Source: a virus. From it: a DNA stretch of 64,000 bases. This document shows positions 31,516-41,269 of this stretch, piece by piece. The stretch lies in IMG/VR virus record IMGVR_UViG_3300042317_000390, positions 104,654 through 168,653 of that record; one strand, written 5' to 3'. A model generated the notes under the pieces. It was given only the letters and a program-made list of their open reading frames with translations, did no database searches and was not told the DNA's origin. The translations under genes and the position numbers were made by a program. How positions within the stretch are numbered: the stretch's first letter is position 1; each line of letters opens with the position of its first letter.

Positions 31516-32082
31516 ATGGATACGGAAGAAAAAAAGAAGCCAAAGAGAAAGACAAATTATATCAATAATAAAACTCTCTATGGAGCTATGATTCATTACA
31601 AGAATGATCTGAAACAGTCTATTGAGCTTGATGCTGACAAGCCTATTGTCCCAAAGTATATTGGTGAGTCTATTCTTTTGATTTGTAATAATCTTGCGAA
31701 GAAACCAAACTTCTCAGGGTATACATATAAGCAAGATATGATTAGTGATGGTATCATGGATTGTATCTCAGCAGTTGATAACTTTGATCCAGACAAGACG
31801 AATAATCCATTCGCATATTTTACTCAGATTGCATGGAACGCTTTTCTCAGAAGAATTCAGAAAGAGAAGAAGCAGACCTATATAAAGCATAAGAACTATG
31901 AGAATAGTTTCTTACTCATGGATGTATTCGATGAGGCTAATAAGTCAGTGCATCTTAAGACTAACGAATATTCCGTTGAAATCGTGAAATCTTTCGAAGA
32001 CAAGTTGACTAAAACCAAAAAAGCAGCTAAGCTAACTGGAATTGAAAAGTTTTCTATTAAGGAAGAAGAAAATGAAGAATGA
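31516..32082 (+). CDS. g55: late-transcription sigma factor gp55
   Basis: YINNK, PNFSGYTYKQDMISDG, NPFAYFTQIAWNAFLRRIQKEKKQ. Confidence 0.95.
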   Translation: MDTEEKKKPKRKTNYINNKTLYGAMIHYKNDLKQSIELDADKPIVPKYIGESILLICNNLAKKPNFSGYTYKQDMISDGIMDCISAVDNFDPDKTNNPFAYFTQIAWNAFLRRIQKEKKQTYIKHKNYENSFLLMDVFDEANKSVHLKTNEYSVEIVKSFEDKLTKTKKAAKLTGIEKFSIKEEENEE

Positions 32083-32260
32083 TCATTTAATCCCTGTTAA
32101 TGTAAAGGATATTATCAGCAGATTGGGCGATAATGGATTAACGCCTAACGAGAGACTGGTTCTTATCCAGAGACTTGAGGCCATTCAGCAGTATTGCTCT
32201 GATGCACTCAAGAAGTATAACTATGTTGATCTTGGACAGGTTTATACGGGTAGAAAATGA
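32072..32260 (+). CDS. hypothetical protein
   Basis: Short ORF overlapping the g55 and g47 ends; candidate promoter TTGACT-17-TAAGCT at 32005-32033. Confidence 0.5.
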   Translation: MKNDHLIPVNVKDIISRLGDNGLTPNERLVLIQRLEAIQQYCSDALKKYNYVDLGQVYTGRK

Positions 32261-33312
32261 AGATAGCTTTAATTACCGATACTCACGCTGGTGTTCGTAA
32301 CGATAGTTTAGCTTTCCATGACTACAGTAAGAAGTTTTATGATAACGTGTTTTTCTCCTATCTGGATAAACACGAAATCAAAACTGTTGTTCACTGTGGT
32401 GATATTGTAGATCGTCGTAAGTATATCAACATTAACTCAGCGTATCGGTTGAGAAAAGACCTCATTGAGCCTATCGTAGATCGGGGTATTGATTACCATC
32501 AGATCATAGGCAACCATGATACTTACCATAAAAATACTAATGAAGTTAGTTCTTTTATTGAACTTTTCAATCGTTATCCTATAAATATATATGATAAGGC
32601 TACTGAAGTAGTTTTTGATGATCTTAAAATATTGTTCCTACCTTGGATTTGCGATGATAATAAGGATCATGCGTATGATCTAATGAGGAATACGGATGCA
32701 CAAATTTGTTTCGGACATCTTGAAATTCAAGGATTCGAAATGTATAAAGGATCTATTATCTCTTATGGTATGGATCCAAAACTTTTTACTAGATTTGATC
32801 TCGTTGCTAGTGGTCATTATCATCATAGGTCAAGCAGCGGCAATATTCATTATCTGGGGAGTCACGCAGAGTTTACTTGGTCTGATTATAATGATCCACG
32901 AGGCTTTCATGTTTTTGACACGGAAACGAGACATCTAGAGTTTATACAGAATCCTTATAGTATGTTTAAGAAGATTACATATAACGATCAATACCACAAG
33001 TTGATCGATCAAATGAACTTAAGCCCATATAAGGAATGCATTGTTAAGGTTATTATTCAGCAGAACAATAACCAGTATTGGTTTGAGAAGTTCATAGAAC
33101 GTCTAGAAAAAGAAAATCCCATAGAGATTCAGATAGTAGAAGATCACCTCAATTTAGGTCTTGAGGACGATCACGATATTATTGATGAAGCGGAATCTAC
33201 TATTGACATCTTTAAAAAATACATTAGGAATTTAGATATAAAAGACGTAGAACGTAATAGACTAGAAGACAAAATAGCAGAACTATATCATGAAGCCTTA
33301 ACTTTGGAGTAA
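32257..33312 (+). CDS. g47: recombination endonuclease subunit gp47 (Mre11/SbcD-like)
   Basis: DTH, GD..DRRK, GNHD, GHLE, SGHYH metallophosphoesterase motifs. Confidence 0.93.
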   Translation: MKIALITDTHAGVRNDSLAFHDYSKKFYDNVFFSYLDKHEIKTVVHCGDIVDRRKYININSAYRLRKDLIEPIVDRGIDYHQIIGNHDTYHKNTNEVSSFIELFNRYPINIYDKATEVVFDDLKILFLPWICDDNKDHAYDLMRNTDAQICFGHLEIQGFEMYKGSIISYGMDPKLFTRFDLVASGHYHHRSSSGNIHYLGSHAEFTWSDYNDPRGFHVFDTETRHLEFIQNPYSMFKKITYNDQYHKLIDQMNLSPYKECIVKVIIQQNNNQYWFEKFIERLEKENPIEIQIVEDHLNLGLEDDHDIIDEAESTIDIFKKYIRNLDIKDVERNRLEDKIAELYHEALTLE

Positions 33313-33315
33313 ATT

Positions 33316-33609
33316 ATGAACAGACGTGATTTATTTGGGTTCTTACCATTAGCACCAGTTTTGGTAGCTGCCGCCGTTATTTCCGAATCACAAGCAGAAG
33401 AGAAGCCAGCAGATAACAATGCTAACACATTACGTCTTATGGGTATGAAGAAGAACAAAGAACCTTATTATAATGATAAGGCGATTATGTATCTTGGTAA
33501 TAATTATGTCCCAGATGATACAACTCACGTAACTATGGCAGTTGGTCGTGATGGTAATCTTTGGCTTAAATCTGCTGATGGTGATTGGAAGAGAGTGGTT
33601 ACGGAATAA
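33316..33609 (+). CDS. hypothetical protein with twin-arginine (Tat) signal
   Basis: MNRRDLFGFLPLAPVLVAAA...SQA. Confidence 0.55.
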   Translation: MNRRDLFGFLPLAPVLVAAAVISESQAEEKPADNNANTLRLMGMKKNKEPYYNDKAIMYLGNNYVPDDTTHVTMAVGRDGNLWLKSADGDWKRVVTE

Positions 33610-33842
33610 TGTCTAGAATTAAAATCACATATTTACGCAGTTGGCGTGAATGCGATTGTTGTGGTTCATATGAAGACGTTGATGTTGTGGTCACTAAGGA
33701 TTATAATATAATTTACGAGGGTTGGAAGGGAGGACATTTTGGTGACGGTATTGACGTTGAAGAACCAAAGGTCATTCTCCCAAAAATCCTAGAAGCTCTT
33801 GGTCATGAAGTGATAATGGAAGATTACTATGAAGAACAATAA
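33609..33842 (+). CDS. hypothetical protein (Cys motif)
   Basis: ECDCCG motif; coupled ORF. Confidence 0.5.
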   Translation: MSRIKITYLRSWRECDCCGSYEDVDVVVTKDYNIIYEGWKGGHFGDGIDVEEPKVILPKILEALGHEVIMEDYYEEQ

Positions 33843-34260
33843 TATCGTTAACAACGTTGTTGAACGGCTAAAGCAACAACCTATTGGCGACCTAATTACA
33901 GAAGAAGATCTGTATGATATTGTCAATCAGGCTATTCCAAAGGTATTCTTTGAGAAGCGGCAAGAAACAGAAGGCTCTGGTTATCATACCAGAACAGTTG
34001 AGAAAGAGCCTTTGATCTTTGAGATCATGCGTCAGGTTCTTAAATCTCACGTTGAACAATTGGTGAAGGATTGGGCTGTTGAAAATGCAGACAAGATTCT
34101 TGAACACTGGAAAATGGTGACTGACCAAAACATTGTCAATTACGTTGAAAAGATCCAGAATGAAAAGGTCAATAGCCAAGTTAGGGATATGTTATCCAAA
34201 TTCTTGGACCAAATGAATCTGGAACGTGCTAAAATGGGACTACCGCATATATACCTATGA
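33829..34260 (+). CDS. hypothetical protein
   Basis: ORF coupled to g46 (ATGA). Confidence 0.55.
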   Translation: MKNNNIVNNVVERLKQQPIGDLITEEDLYDIVNQAIPKVFFEKRQETEGSGYHTRTVEKEPLIFEIMRQVLKSHVEQLVKDWAVENADKILEHWKMVTDQNIVNYVEKIQNEKVNSQVRDMLSKFLDQMNLERAKMGLPHIYL

Positions 34261-35963
34261 TTTACTTTAAAAAACTCCGATGGAAAAACCTCCTATCGAC
34301 CGGCAACGTATTCACAGAGATAGACCTAGCGAACAATCCAACTACGCTTATAGTTGGAATAAATGGGGCTGGGAAATCCACGATTCTGGATGCTCTGAGT
34401 TTTGGTCTTTTTGGAAAACCCTTTCGAAAGATCAACAAGCCACAGCTTCTAAACACAATTACTCAAAAGAACCTAGTAGTAGAGATTGAATTCTCTATTG
34501 GAACTATTGAGTATAAAATCATTAGAGGCATCAAACCTAATGTATTCGAGGTACATCAAAACGGTAAACTATTAAATCAATCTGCTGAGTCTAAGGACTA
34601 TCAAGAGATTCTTGAGAAGCAGATTATTAAGGTTAACCACAAGTCGTTCTCACAAGTGGTCGTTCTTGGATCGGCTACTTTCCAACCTTTTATGCAATTA
34701 TCCGCTCAGCAGAAAAGAGAAATCATAGAGGATCTGCTAGACCTACAGATCTTTACGACTATGAATTCTTTATTAAAAGATAAGAACAGCGAGAACGACT
34801 CAAAGATTACAAAGAACAATACCGAAAGAAAAGTTATTGAGTCTAAGATTGAACTCACCGAACAGCATATGTTTGAGATGCAGAATAACACCGGTGAGAT
34901 CATTGCTGAAAAGAAGAAGCAGATTTCTAAGCTAGAAGATGAAGGTCTTGCTATATATAATGAGTTAAAGGATTATGAGGACAAGATCGCTAAGATGGAA
35001 GGTGATCTTGAAGACATTCAATCTATTAACGAAAGAATAAACAAACTTTCTAAACTCAAGCATAGAATTGAAGCTAGAGTTAATGTTATTAATGAGGAAG
35101 TTAAATTCTTCACAGAGAATACAACTTGCCCTACTTGTAAACAGGATATAGCTGAAGAATTCAGAGATAAGACTGTTAACATTAAGAAGCAGGAAATCTC
35201 TGATAACGAAGCTGGACTAGAGACTCTAGCTGAGCAATATGATAAAGAGAAACAGCAGCTATCTGTTAGCATGAATAAAGCGGCTGATGTTCATTCGTTG
35301 AAGCTAGAACGTATTAGGTGTATGGAGAGCGTTAAGGCTATCAAGAATAATATCATTCAGTTAAATAAAGACGTTGAAAAGCTCAAAGAAGTTAAGTCCA
35401 TAGAAAAGGACGAACGGCTTAATGGGTTTAAACAGGATCTTGAAAAGATCGCAGAGGACTATAATCTTCTAATTGAAGAGAAGAATGTATTAAGTTCTGC
35501 TGCTGTGTTGTTGAAGGATAACGGTATCAAGGCTAAGATTATTAAGCAGTATATTCCAATCATAAATAAACTGATTAATAAATATCTATCAGCTATGGAC
35601 TTCTTTGTATCCTTTGAGTTAGATGAGAATTTTAAAGAGTCAATCAAGTCTAGACACAGAGACGATTTCTCTTATGATTCTTTCTCAGAGGGCGAGAAAC
35701 AAAAGATAGATTTAGCATTATTGTTCACGTGGAGAGCCATCGCAAAGATGCGCAATTCTATTAACACCAATCTACTAATTATGGATGAGGTATTTGACTC
35801 TTCTCTTGATTTAAATTCAACAGAATATCTGATTAATATCATCAGAGATATAGCCAAGGATAATAATATCGTTATCATATCTCACAAAGAACACATGAAT
35901 GAGAAATTCACCAACGTAATTAAATTTGTTAAAATCAAAAACTTTTCACAGATTCAGAGGTAA
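34257..35963 (+). CDS. g46: recombination ATPase subunit gp46 (Rad50/SbcC-like)
   Basis: GINGAGKST, CPTC zinc hook, FSEGE, MDEVFD, ISH. Confidence 0.95.
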   Translation: MIYFKKLRWKNLLSTGNVFTEIDLANNPTTLIVGINGAGKSTILDALSFGLFGKPFRKINKPQLLNTITQKNLVVEIEFSIGTIEYKIIRGIKPNVFEVHQNGKLLNQSAESKDYQEILEKQIIKVNHKSFSQVVVLGSATFQPFMQLSAQQKREIIEDLLDLQIFTTMNSLLKDKNSENDSKITKNNTERKVIESKIELTEQHMFEMQNNTGEIIAEKKKQISKLEDEGLAIYNELKDYEDKIAKMEGDLEDIQSINERINKLSKLKHRIEARVNVINEEVKFFTENTTCPTCKQDIAEEFRDKTVNIKKQEISDNEAGLETLAEQYDKEKQQLSVSMNKAADVHSLKLERIRCMESVKAIKNNIIQLNKDVEKLKEVKSIEKDERLNGFKQDLEKIAEDYNLLIEEKNVLSSAAVLLKDNGIKAKIIKQYIPIINKLINKYLSAMDFFVSFELDENFKESIKSRHRDDFSYDSFSEGEKQKIDLALLFTWRAIAKMRNSINTNLLIMDEVFDSSLDLNSTEYLINIIRDIAKDNNIVIISHKEHMNEKFTNVIKFVKIKNFSQIQR

Positions 35964-35966
35964 GAT

Positions 35967-36677
35967 ATGGCTAAGACCAGTAAGTTAGTTAAAGAATTAC
36001 AACAGCTATTAAAGAACAAAGGCTACGATCCTGGTCCAATTGATGGTGATCTTGGACCTAAGACGATTGATGCTATTAAGAAAATAGTATCTAATGTTTC
36101 CAAGCCAGTAGTTAGTAAGGCGGCTGAAGTTAAACCAGCTGTCGTGGAAAAGGCAAAAGAAGTAACACAGAAGGTTGTAGAGGTAATTAAACCAACTCCA
36201 GTTCCAGAGTTTGATGCTAATACCCTAAAGGGCAGAGAGCGTCCAGTATTTGCTAAAAAAGTCTTCATGGATCTTGGTTGGAAAGATTACCAAGCAGCTT
36301 CTATGGTTGGTCAGTTCATGCAAGAATCATATGCTGATCTTCGCACTAATATTTGGGGCGATAACCATACAGCTTATGGTATTGGTCAGTGGCGTGATTA
36401 TAACAACCAGCCAGGTAGACTAACTGATCTATTCAAGTTTGCTCAGGAACGTGGTAAGCCAATCCACGATCTAGAAACACAGATTCGTTTTGCTGATTGG
36501 GAACTAACTAAAGGTTCTGAGAAGAGTCTTGGTAAGAGACTAAAGGAATCTAAAAATATTGATGAGGCGCTAGAAATAGCTATTGGTTATGAGCGCCCAA
36601 GAGGTTATACTAAGGATAATCCACGTGCTGGCCACGGCTGGGCTAACAGAGAGAAATTTGCTAAGAGCTTACTATGA
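35967..36677 (+). CDS. endolysin-like: peptidoglycan-binding domain plus phage lysozyme domain
   Basis: LQQLL...GYDPGPIDGDLGPKT; QES, YGIGQW, YERP. Confidence 0.8.
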   Translation: MAKTSKLVKELQQLLKNKGYDPGPIDGDLGPKTIDAIKKIVSNVSKPVVSKAAEVKPAVVEKAKEVTQKVVEVIKPTPVPEFDANTLKGRERPVFAKKVFMDLGWKDYQAASMVGQFMQESYADLRTNIWGDNHTAYGIGQWRDYNNQPGRLTDLFKFAQERGKPIHDLETQIRFADWELTKGSEKSLGKRLKESKNIDEALEIAIGYERPRGYTKDNPRAGHGWANREKFAKSLL

Positions 36678-37141
36678 AAATTGATGATCGATATTTGTTA
36701 GAGAAATGTGAAGATTTTGATTTCAAAGATCCACCTTTCGATCCGATTGAGTTCGCACAGAACTTAGTTAAGTTTATGTATGATGAAAATGGACTAGGGG
36801 TAGCAGCAAATCAGGTTGGTGTTCCATATCGTATTTTCGCCATGAGAGGTTCACCAGAGAACTTTGTTTGTTTTAATCCCAAGATTGTTCAATATGGAGA
36901 AATGGAAGTTGTCCTAGAAGAAGGTTGTCTTTCATATCCAGGTCTTGTTGTTAAAGTAAAAAGACCACAGCATATCCGTGTTCGTTTTAATACCCCTAAT
37001 GGTGAAGTCCTAACTAAACAGTTTACAGGTATGACCGCTAGAGTATTTCAACATGAGTATGATCATCTAGATGGTATTCGTTTTTACGATAAAGCTAATA
37101 AATTTCATAGAGATAAAGCAATGAAGGAATGGAAGAAATGA
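36674..37141 (+). CDS. def: peptide deformylase
   Basis: GLGVAANQ, EGCLS, QHEYDHLDG. Confidence 0.95.
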   Translation: MKIDDRYLLEKCEDFDFKDPPFDPIEFAQNLVKFMYDENGLGVAANQVGVPYRIFAMRGSPENFVCFNPKIVQYGEMEVVLEEGCLSYPGLVVKVKRPQHIRVRFNTPNGEVLTKQFTGMTARVFQHEYDHLDGIRFYDKANKFHRDKAMKEWKK

Positions 37142-37263
37142 ATTATTTCCCATTTAAGGAATTACAACAAAGAGTCGATGACGCAAACGAACTTGTCCTC
37201 TTTACTATCGTAGTATTTTTAGTATATATTTGGGTAAAGTTATTCTTATATTGGGACAAATAA
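37138..37263 (+). CDS. 41-aa membrane peptide (absent from ORF track)
   Basis: ATGA overlap with def; LVLFTIVVFLVYIWVKLFLYW hydrophobic span; stop abuts the next ATG. Confidence 0.5.
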   Translation: MNYFPFKELQQRVDDANELVLFTIVVFLVYIWVKLFLYWDK

Positions 37264-37827
37264 ATGAATATCTTCTATCTAAGCGAAGACCCTGTTCAAG
37301 CTGCTCAGTGGATGGTAGATCGTCACGTAGTTAAGATGATCTTAGAATCTGCTCAGCTTCTATCTACAGCACATCGTTTGATGGATGGAAACGAAATCCT
37401 ACTAGAAGTTGATATACTTCAGGAGGATGGTACACTTAAAACTAAGAAAAAGAAATGGTGGTTACTCGATGACTCTCGTGAAGAACTTATATACTCAGCT
37501 ACGCACATTAATCATCCGTCTGCTATATGGACTCGCACAAGCGTCGAGAATTATAATTGGCTAGTCGATCATCTATTCGCCTTAATGGACGAATACACTT
37601 ACCGTTACGAAAAGAAGCATAAGTGTTCTGGTGATCTTAGCTATATGCTACAATCACCTCCCAAGAATCTTAAAGATTGGGATATGACACCTATGCCTTC
37701 TTGTATGGCAGAAGAATATATTATTTCCGATAATCCAGTTGACAATTATCGAAACTATTATATAAAGGGTAAGGCACATCTACATAAATGGAAAAAACGT
37801 GAGGTTCCCCCTTGGTTTCAGAGTTAA
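37264..37827 (+). CDS. pyrimidine-dimer DNA glycosylase / DenV-related protein
   Basis: MNIFYL...DRHVVKMILESAQLLSTAH, THINHPS, EYTYRY, YRNYY. Confidence 0.75.
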   Translation: MNIFYLSEDPVQAAQWMVDRHVVKMILESAQLLSTAHRLMDGNEILLEVDILQEDGTLKTKKKKWWLLDDSREELIYSATHINHPSAIWTRTSVENYNWLVDHLFALMDEYTYRYEKKHKCSGDLSYMLQSPPKNLKDWDMTPMPSCMAEEYIISDNPVDNYRNYYIKGKAHLHKWKKREVPPWFQS

Positions 37828-38393
37828 AAGAAACTATAGTTTATGATGATATTATCCCCGTAGAGTTACAAGACGAATTTGAAAATACTCTGATGAATTA
37901 TCCTAATTGGAGATTCATCAGAGATATGTCATATTCTAACAACGAAGCTTTTCCTTCGTATGGTTTTAATATGATGTTCAAACACCCTAGCTTTGGGGTT
38001 ACGTCTCCACTGTATGAGAAAATATCAGTTCCGATAGCTAATGCTATTCTGGAAAAGAAACTTATTGAATTTGAAGATATTCATTTCAATAGATCTTTTC
38101 TACAACTCCCGTTAGCTGATAAGTTTATCAAACCACATAATGGTATACATTTAGATCTTCCACAAGATCATTATGCTTGCGTATATTATGTGAATGATTC
38201 TGACGGAGACACTATACTTTACGAGCAAACTAGGTATAATACGTTGCCTAGTTCTCAGAATGTTCCCACAGTAGAACATAAAAGAGTTACCCCTAAAAAG
38301 GGTAGAGTGGTTATATTTGATGGTGCTAGATACCATTGCTCTAGCCAACCAAGAGATAGACACCGCTGTATTATCAATTTCGACTTTGTGTGA
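37812..38393 (+). CDS. 2OG-Fe(II) oxygenase
   Basis: HLD (HxD), YYVNDSDGDT, FDGARYH, distal R. Confidence 0.8.
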   Translation: MVSELKETIVYDDIIPVELQDEFENTLMNYPNWRFIRDMSYSNNEAFPSYGFNMMFKHPSFGVTSPLYEKISVPIANAILEKKLIEFEDIHFNRSFLQLPLADKFIKPHNGIHLDLPQDHYACVYYVNDSDGDTILYEQTRYNTLPSSQNVPTVEHKRVTPKKGRVVIFDGARYHCSSQPRDRHRCIINFDFV

Positions 38394-38403
38394 GGTATAT
38401 ATA

Positions 38404-38778
38404 ATGGTAGATATGTTTAATTCCGTAAAAGAATTTCAGACCGCAGTTGGTCAGCACGTAGGCACTAAGCCAGAGTTTCCTGATGATAAAGAACGTATTC
38501 TACGTATGAGATTATTGGAAGAAGAGTTTGATGAATACTTACAAGGCGAACAAAATCACGATCTTGAAAATATTGCAAAAGAGTTGGCAGATATTATATA
38601 CATCGTTTGTGGGACTGCTGCTTCTTATGGCATTCCGTTAAACGAAGTATTCGCTGAAGTCCATCGTTCTAATATGGATAAGTTAGTTGATGGTAAGCCA
38701 GTTCGCCGTGAAGATGGTAAGATTTTAAAACCAGAAGGTTGGACTGCTCCAGATATCAAAAGCATCTTAGGGATTTAA
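38404..38778 (+). CDS. MazG/PRA-PH-like nucleotide pyrophosphohydrolase
   Basis: LLEEEFDE, KELADIIY, EVHRSNMDK, DGKILKPEG; GAGG SD before ATG 38404. Confidence 0.85.
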   Translation: MVDMFNSVKEFQTAVGQHVGTKPEFPDDKERILRMRLLEEEFDEYLQGEQNHDLENIAKELADIIYIVCGTAASYGIPLNEVFAEVHRSNMDKLVDGKPVRREDGKILKPEGWTAPDIKSILGI

Positions 38779-38780
38779 TA

Positions 38781-40145
38781 ATGGTCAATGTGATTGTTGC
38801 TAGAGACAGATTAGATTGTTCTAAACTAGAAGGTCAATTTGTAGACGAAAGTCATTTTGACGTTTTAGTAGAAGAAGATACTGACTGTTATATGCCACCG
38901 CTTTGTGATATGCTCACTAAAGCTAACTGTGGTATGAAAGATTGCGAATCTTGCGAAGCAGGATCTGATGAGAAAAGAATCGCTTTCAAGTTTCGTAAGA
39001 ACTACTTCACCAAGGAAGAGTGCGACGAAGCCTATATCGGTCTTCATGGTGCAGCAACTCAGAGCTTTAATAGAGGTCTAGCTGCTGGTCCTCGTGGATT
39101 AGAAGGCGATGATTCTAGAGAATGGGTAACTCCTTACCAGACAGCGGTATTGAGTTATTTCATCGAAGGTGGATCTAGTCTTAACTCATTCATTGGCGAA
39201 GGTGAAGTAAACGTCAAGTCTATCAGAGAGCGTTATGCTACTCTTAAGCATAATGAAGAGACTAGAGGTAGCGTTTGGCTTCCAAGTGAGATTTCTAAAC
39301 ATTATCCAGATACCGAAAATTGGTTCGATAGATGGGCTGATGGTTTAGATAACTATTCTCTGGAAGAAAAGAGAACGGAAGCACTACGTGTTTCTAAGGA
39401 ATGGATCTCAACTACTAATTATGCTAAGCCAGTATTCTCTGGTGTTGCCGGTTGGTATGATCGTTATCCTCGTATTCCTTATGGAAGACCTACTGCTTAT
39501 ACCGAGCATCACCCAGAACTATTCGAAAGGGCATATCCTTTCCTACAGTCTTTGAATAAAGGTTTCAAGGAACTATTACCTTGGCGTTGGTCTAATCAGA
39601 GATCAGTAGCTGATAAGATTGATTCAAAGTTCTTAGTTCCAGATACTGTATTCACTACGATTACAGTTAACAAGACCTTTAGAACAGCCGCTCATTACGA
39701 TGCTGGTGATTACCAAGACGGTCTTAGTAATCTTCTTGTTCTAGGAAGTGGAGAGTATACTGGTGGTTATCTAGTATTTCCAGAGTATCGGATAGCAGTT
39801 AATGTTCGTCCCGGTGATCTACTTCTGGTTAATAATCACGAGGTTCTTCACGGCAATACACCTATTGTTCTTGACCATCCAAAGGCAGAACGTATTTCGG
39901 TTGTGTGTTACTTCCGAGAGAACATGCTAAAGCTTAAGTCCTATAAGTATGAAAATCTACGTAGGCAGTTTGTCGAGGAACGCAAGAATAATCAGAATCA
40001 TCCTAGTTGGCATCGTTTATGGAATGGTATCTCTCCAGATATGTGGAAGTCAACTGAGTGGAGAGATTTCTTAGATAAGCATAATGCTGTTGATGAAGAC
40101 GGCGTAGTTAACGTAGGCTTCAAAGGGTTTGAAAGCTTCGCTTAA
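38781..40145 (+). CDS. TET/JBP-family 2OG-Fe(II) dioxygenase (5-methylpyrimidine oxidase-like)
   Basis: FTTITVN..FRTAAHYDAGD (HxD), GGYLVFPEY, HGNTP, RISVVCYFRE. Confidence 0.8.
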   Translation: MVNVIVARDRLDCSKLEGQFVDESHFDVLVEEDTDCYMPPLCDMLTKANCGMKDCESCEAGSDEKRIAFKFRKNYFTKEECDEAYIGLHGAATQSFNRGLAAGPRGLEGDDSREWVTPYQTAVLSYFIEGGSSLNSFIGEGEVNVKSIRERYATLKHNEETRGSVWLPSEISKHYPDTENWFDRWADGLDNYSLEEKRTEALRVSKEWISTTNYAKPVFSGVAGWYDRYPRIPYGRPTAYTEHHPELFERAYPFLQSLNKGFKELLPWRWSNQRSVADKIDSKFLVPDTVFTTITVNKTFRTAAHYDAGDYQDGLSNLLVLGSGEYTGGYLVFPEYRIAVNVRPGDLLLVNNHEVLHGNTPIVLDHPKAERISVVCYFRENMLKLKSYKYENLRRQFVEERKNNQNHPSWHRLWNGISPDMWKSTEWRDFLDKHNAVDEDGVVNVGFKGFESFA

Positions 40146-41269
40146 TGAATACAATATTCGATACGTTATCAATAGACAGGAATGAGATTAAATGGGAAGA
40201 TTATCTTTTCGATCTCACTCCTGTTGAAGAAGTAAATGGTATATTCTTCAAACGTGAAGATAAGTTTGCTCCTTTAGGTTATGGTGGTATTAACGGTTCA
40301 AAGTTACGCCAGTGTATTTGGTTAACTGAACAATACGTTAAGACTGCTAAGAATCCTATTGGTGTTATATCTGGTACGAGCGTAAAGTCACCACAGCTAC
40401 CTATGGGATCTGCAGTAGCAGAACACTTCGGTCTTAAGAGTATTCACGTTATCGGTTCAACCAAAGCTGATATAGCTCATAAGCATGAGAATGTTAATAC
40501 AGCTACTTGGTTTGGTGCCGAGTTCTACATCAATAAGCATATAGCTTATAATCCAGTATTACAGAGAAGAGTTCAAGATATTCTTTCTAAGGATGAAAGA
40601 GTTAAGGATTACTTTTATCTGGAATATGGTATCACAGTAGATCACAAAGTAAACTCACCAGAAAGAGTAGAGAGATTTCACTATGTTGGATCTGAGCAAA
40701 TTAAAAACATACCAGAACATATTACCACTTTGGTTATACCAGCTGGTTCTTGTAATAGCTGCACTTCTATTCTTTACGGTCTTGCTAGATTTCGCCCTAA
40801 GAATCTCAGAGACGTATATCTTATTGGGATTGGACCAAACAAGATAGACTTCATTGAAGAGCGTTTGGATATTATTGAGAACGTATCTGGTGTTTATACT
40901 AAGCCGTTTACTAGAATCTATCATGATACTCCTAACAAACAGCAACAGTATGAGTCGGGTCTAACTTCTTTCTTTACAGATAATACATCAGATTATAATT
41001 TTAATCTGCATCATTATGATCTTCATACAACTAATTATGTTGACTACCAAGAAGAAATGCCTTATAGTTACGGTGGAATCGAATTTCATCCTACCTATGA
41101 AGGCAAGATGATGACTTACGTTAATGAGCGTATGCCTAATATTCTTGGTGAGAATACGATGGTATGGATTGTTGGTAGTAAGCCACGTAAAGAAAAGATG
41201 TATGATATGCTAAGAGGTAGATTGGGAGAGTTCCCAACTCATATTAAGGAATTTACCTATGCAGAGTGA
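40145..41269 (+). CDS. fold-type II PLP-dependent enzyme (ACC deaminase / D-Cys desulfhydrase-like)
   Basis: TPVE..FKRED...GGINGSKLRQ (PLP lysine), PAGSCNS, PTYEGK. Confidence 0.8.
   Translation: MNTIFDTLSIDRNEIKWEDYLFDLTPVEEVNGIFFKREDKFAPLGYGGINGSKLRQCIWLTEQYVKTAKNPIGVISGTSVKSPQLPMGSAVAEHFGLKSIHVIGSTKADIAHKHENVNTATWFGAEFYINKHIAYNPVLQRRVQDILSKDERVKDYFYLEYGITVDHKVNSPERVERFHYVGSEQIKNIPEHITTLVIPAGSCNSCTSILYGLARFRPKNLRDVYLIGIGPNKIDFIEERLDIIENVSGVYTKPFTRIYHDTPNKQQQYESGLTSFFTDNTSDYNFNLHHYDLHTTNYVDYQEEMPYSYGGIEFHPTYEGKMMTYVNERMPNILGENTMVWIVGSKPRKEKMYDMLRGRLGEFPTHIKEFTYAE

Noticed and set aside
32580-32587. Intragenic TATAAATA matches (also 43144, 46700)
   Set aside because: Expected by chance in AT-rich DNA and mostly far from a start codon; not called as promoters.
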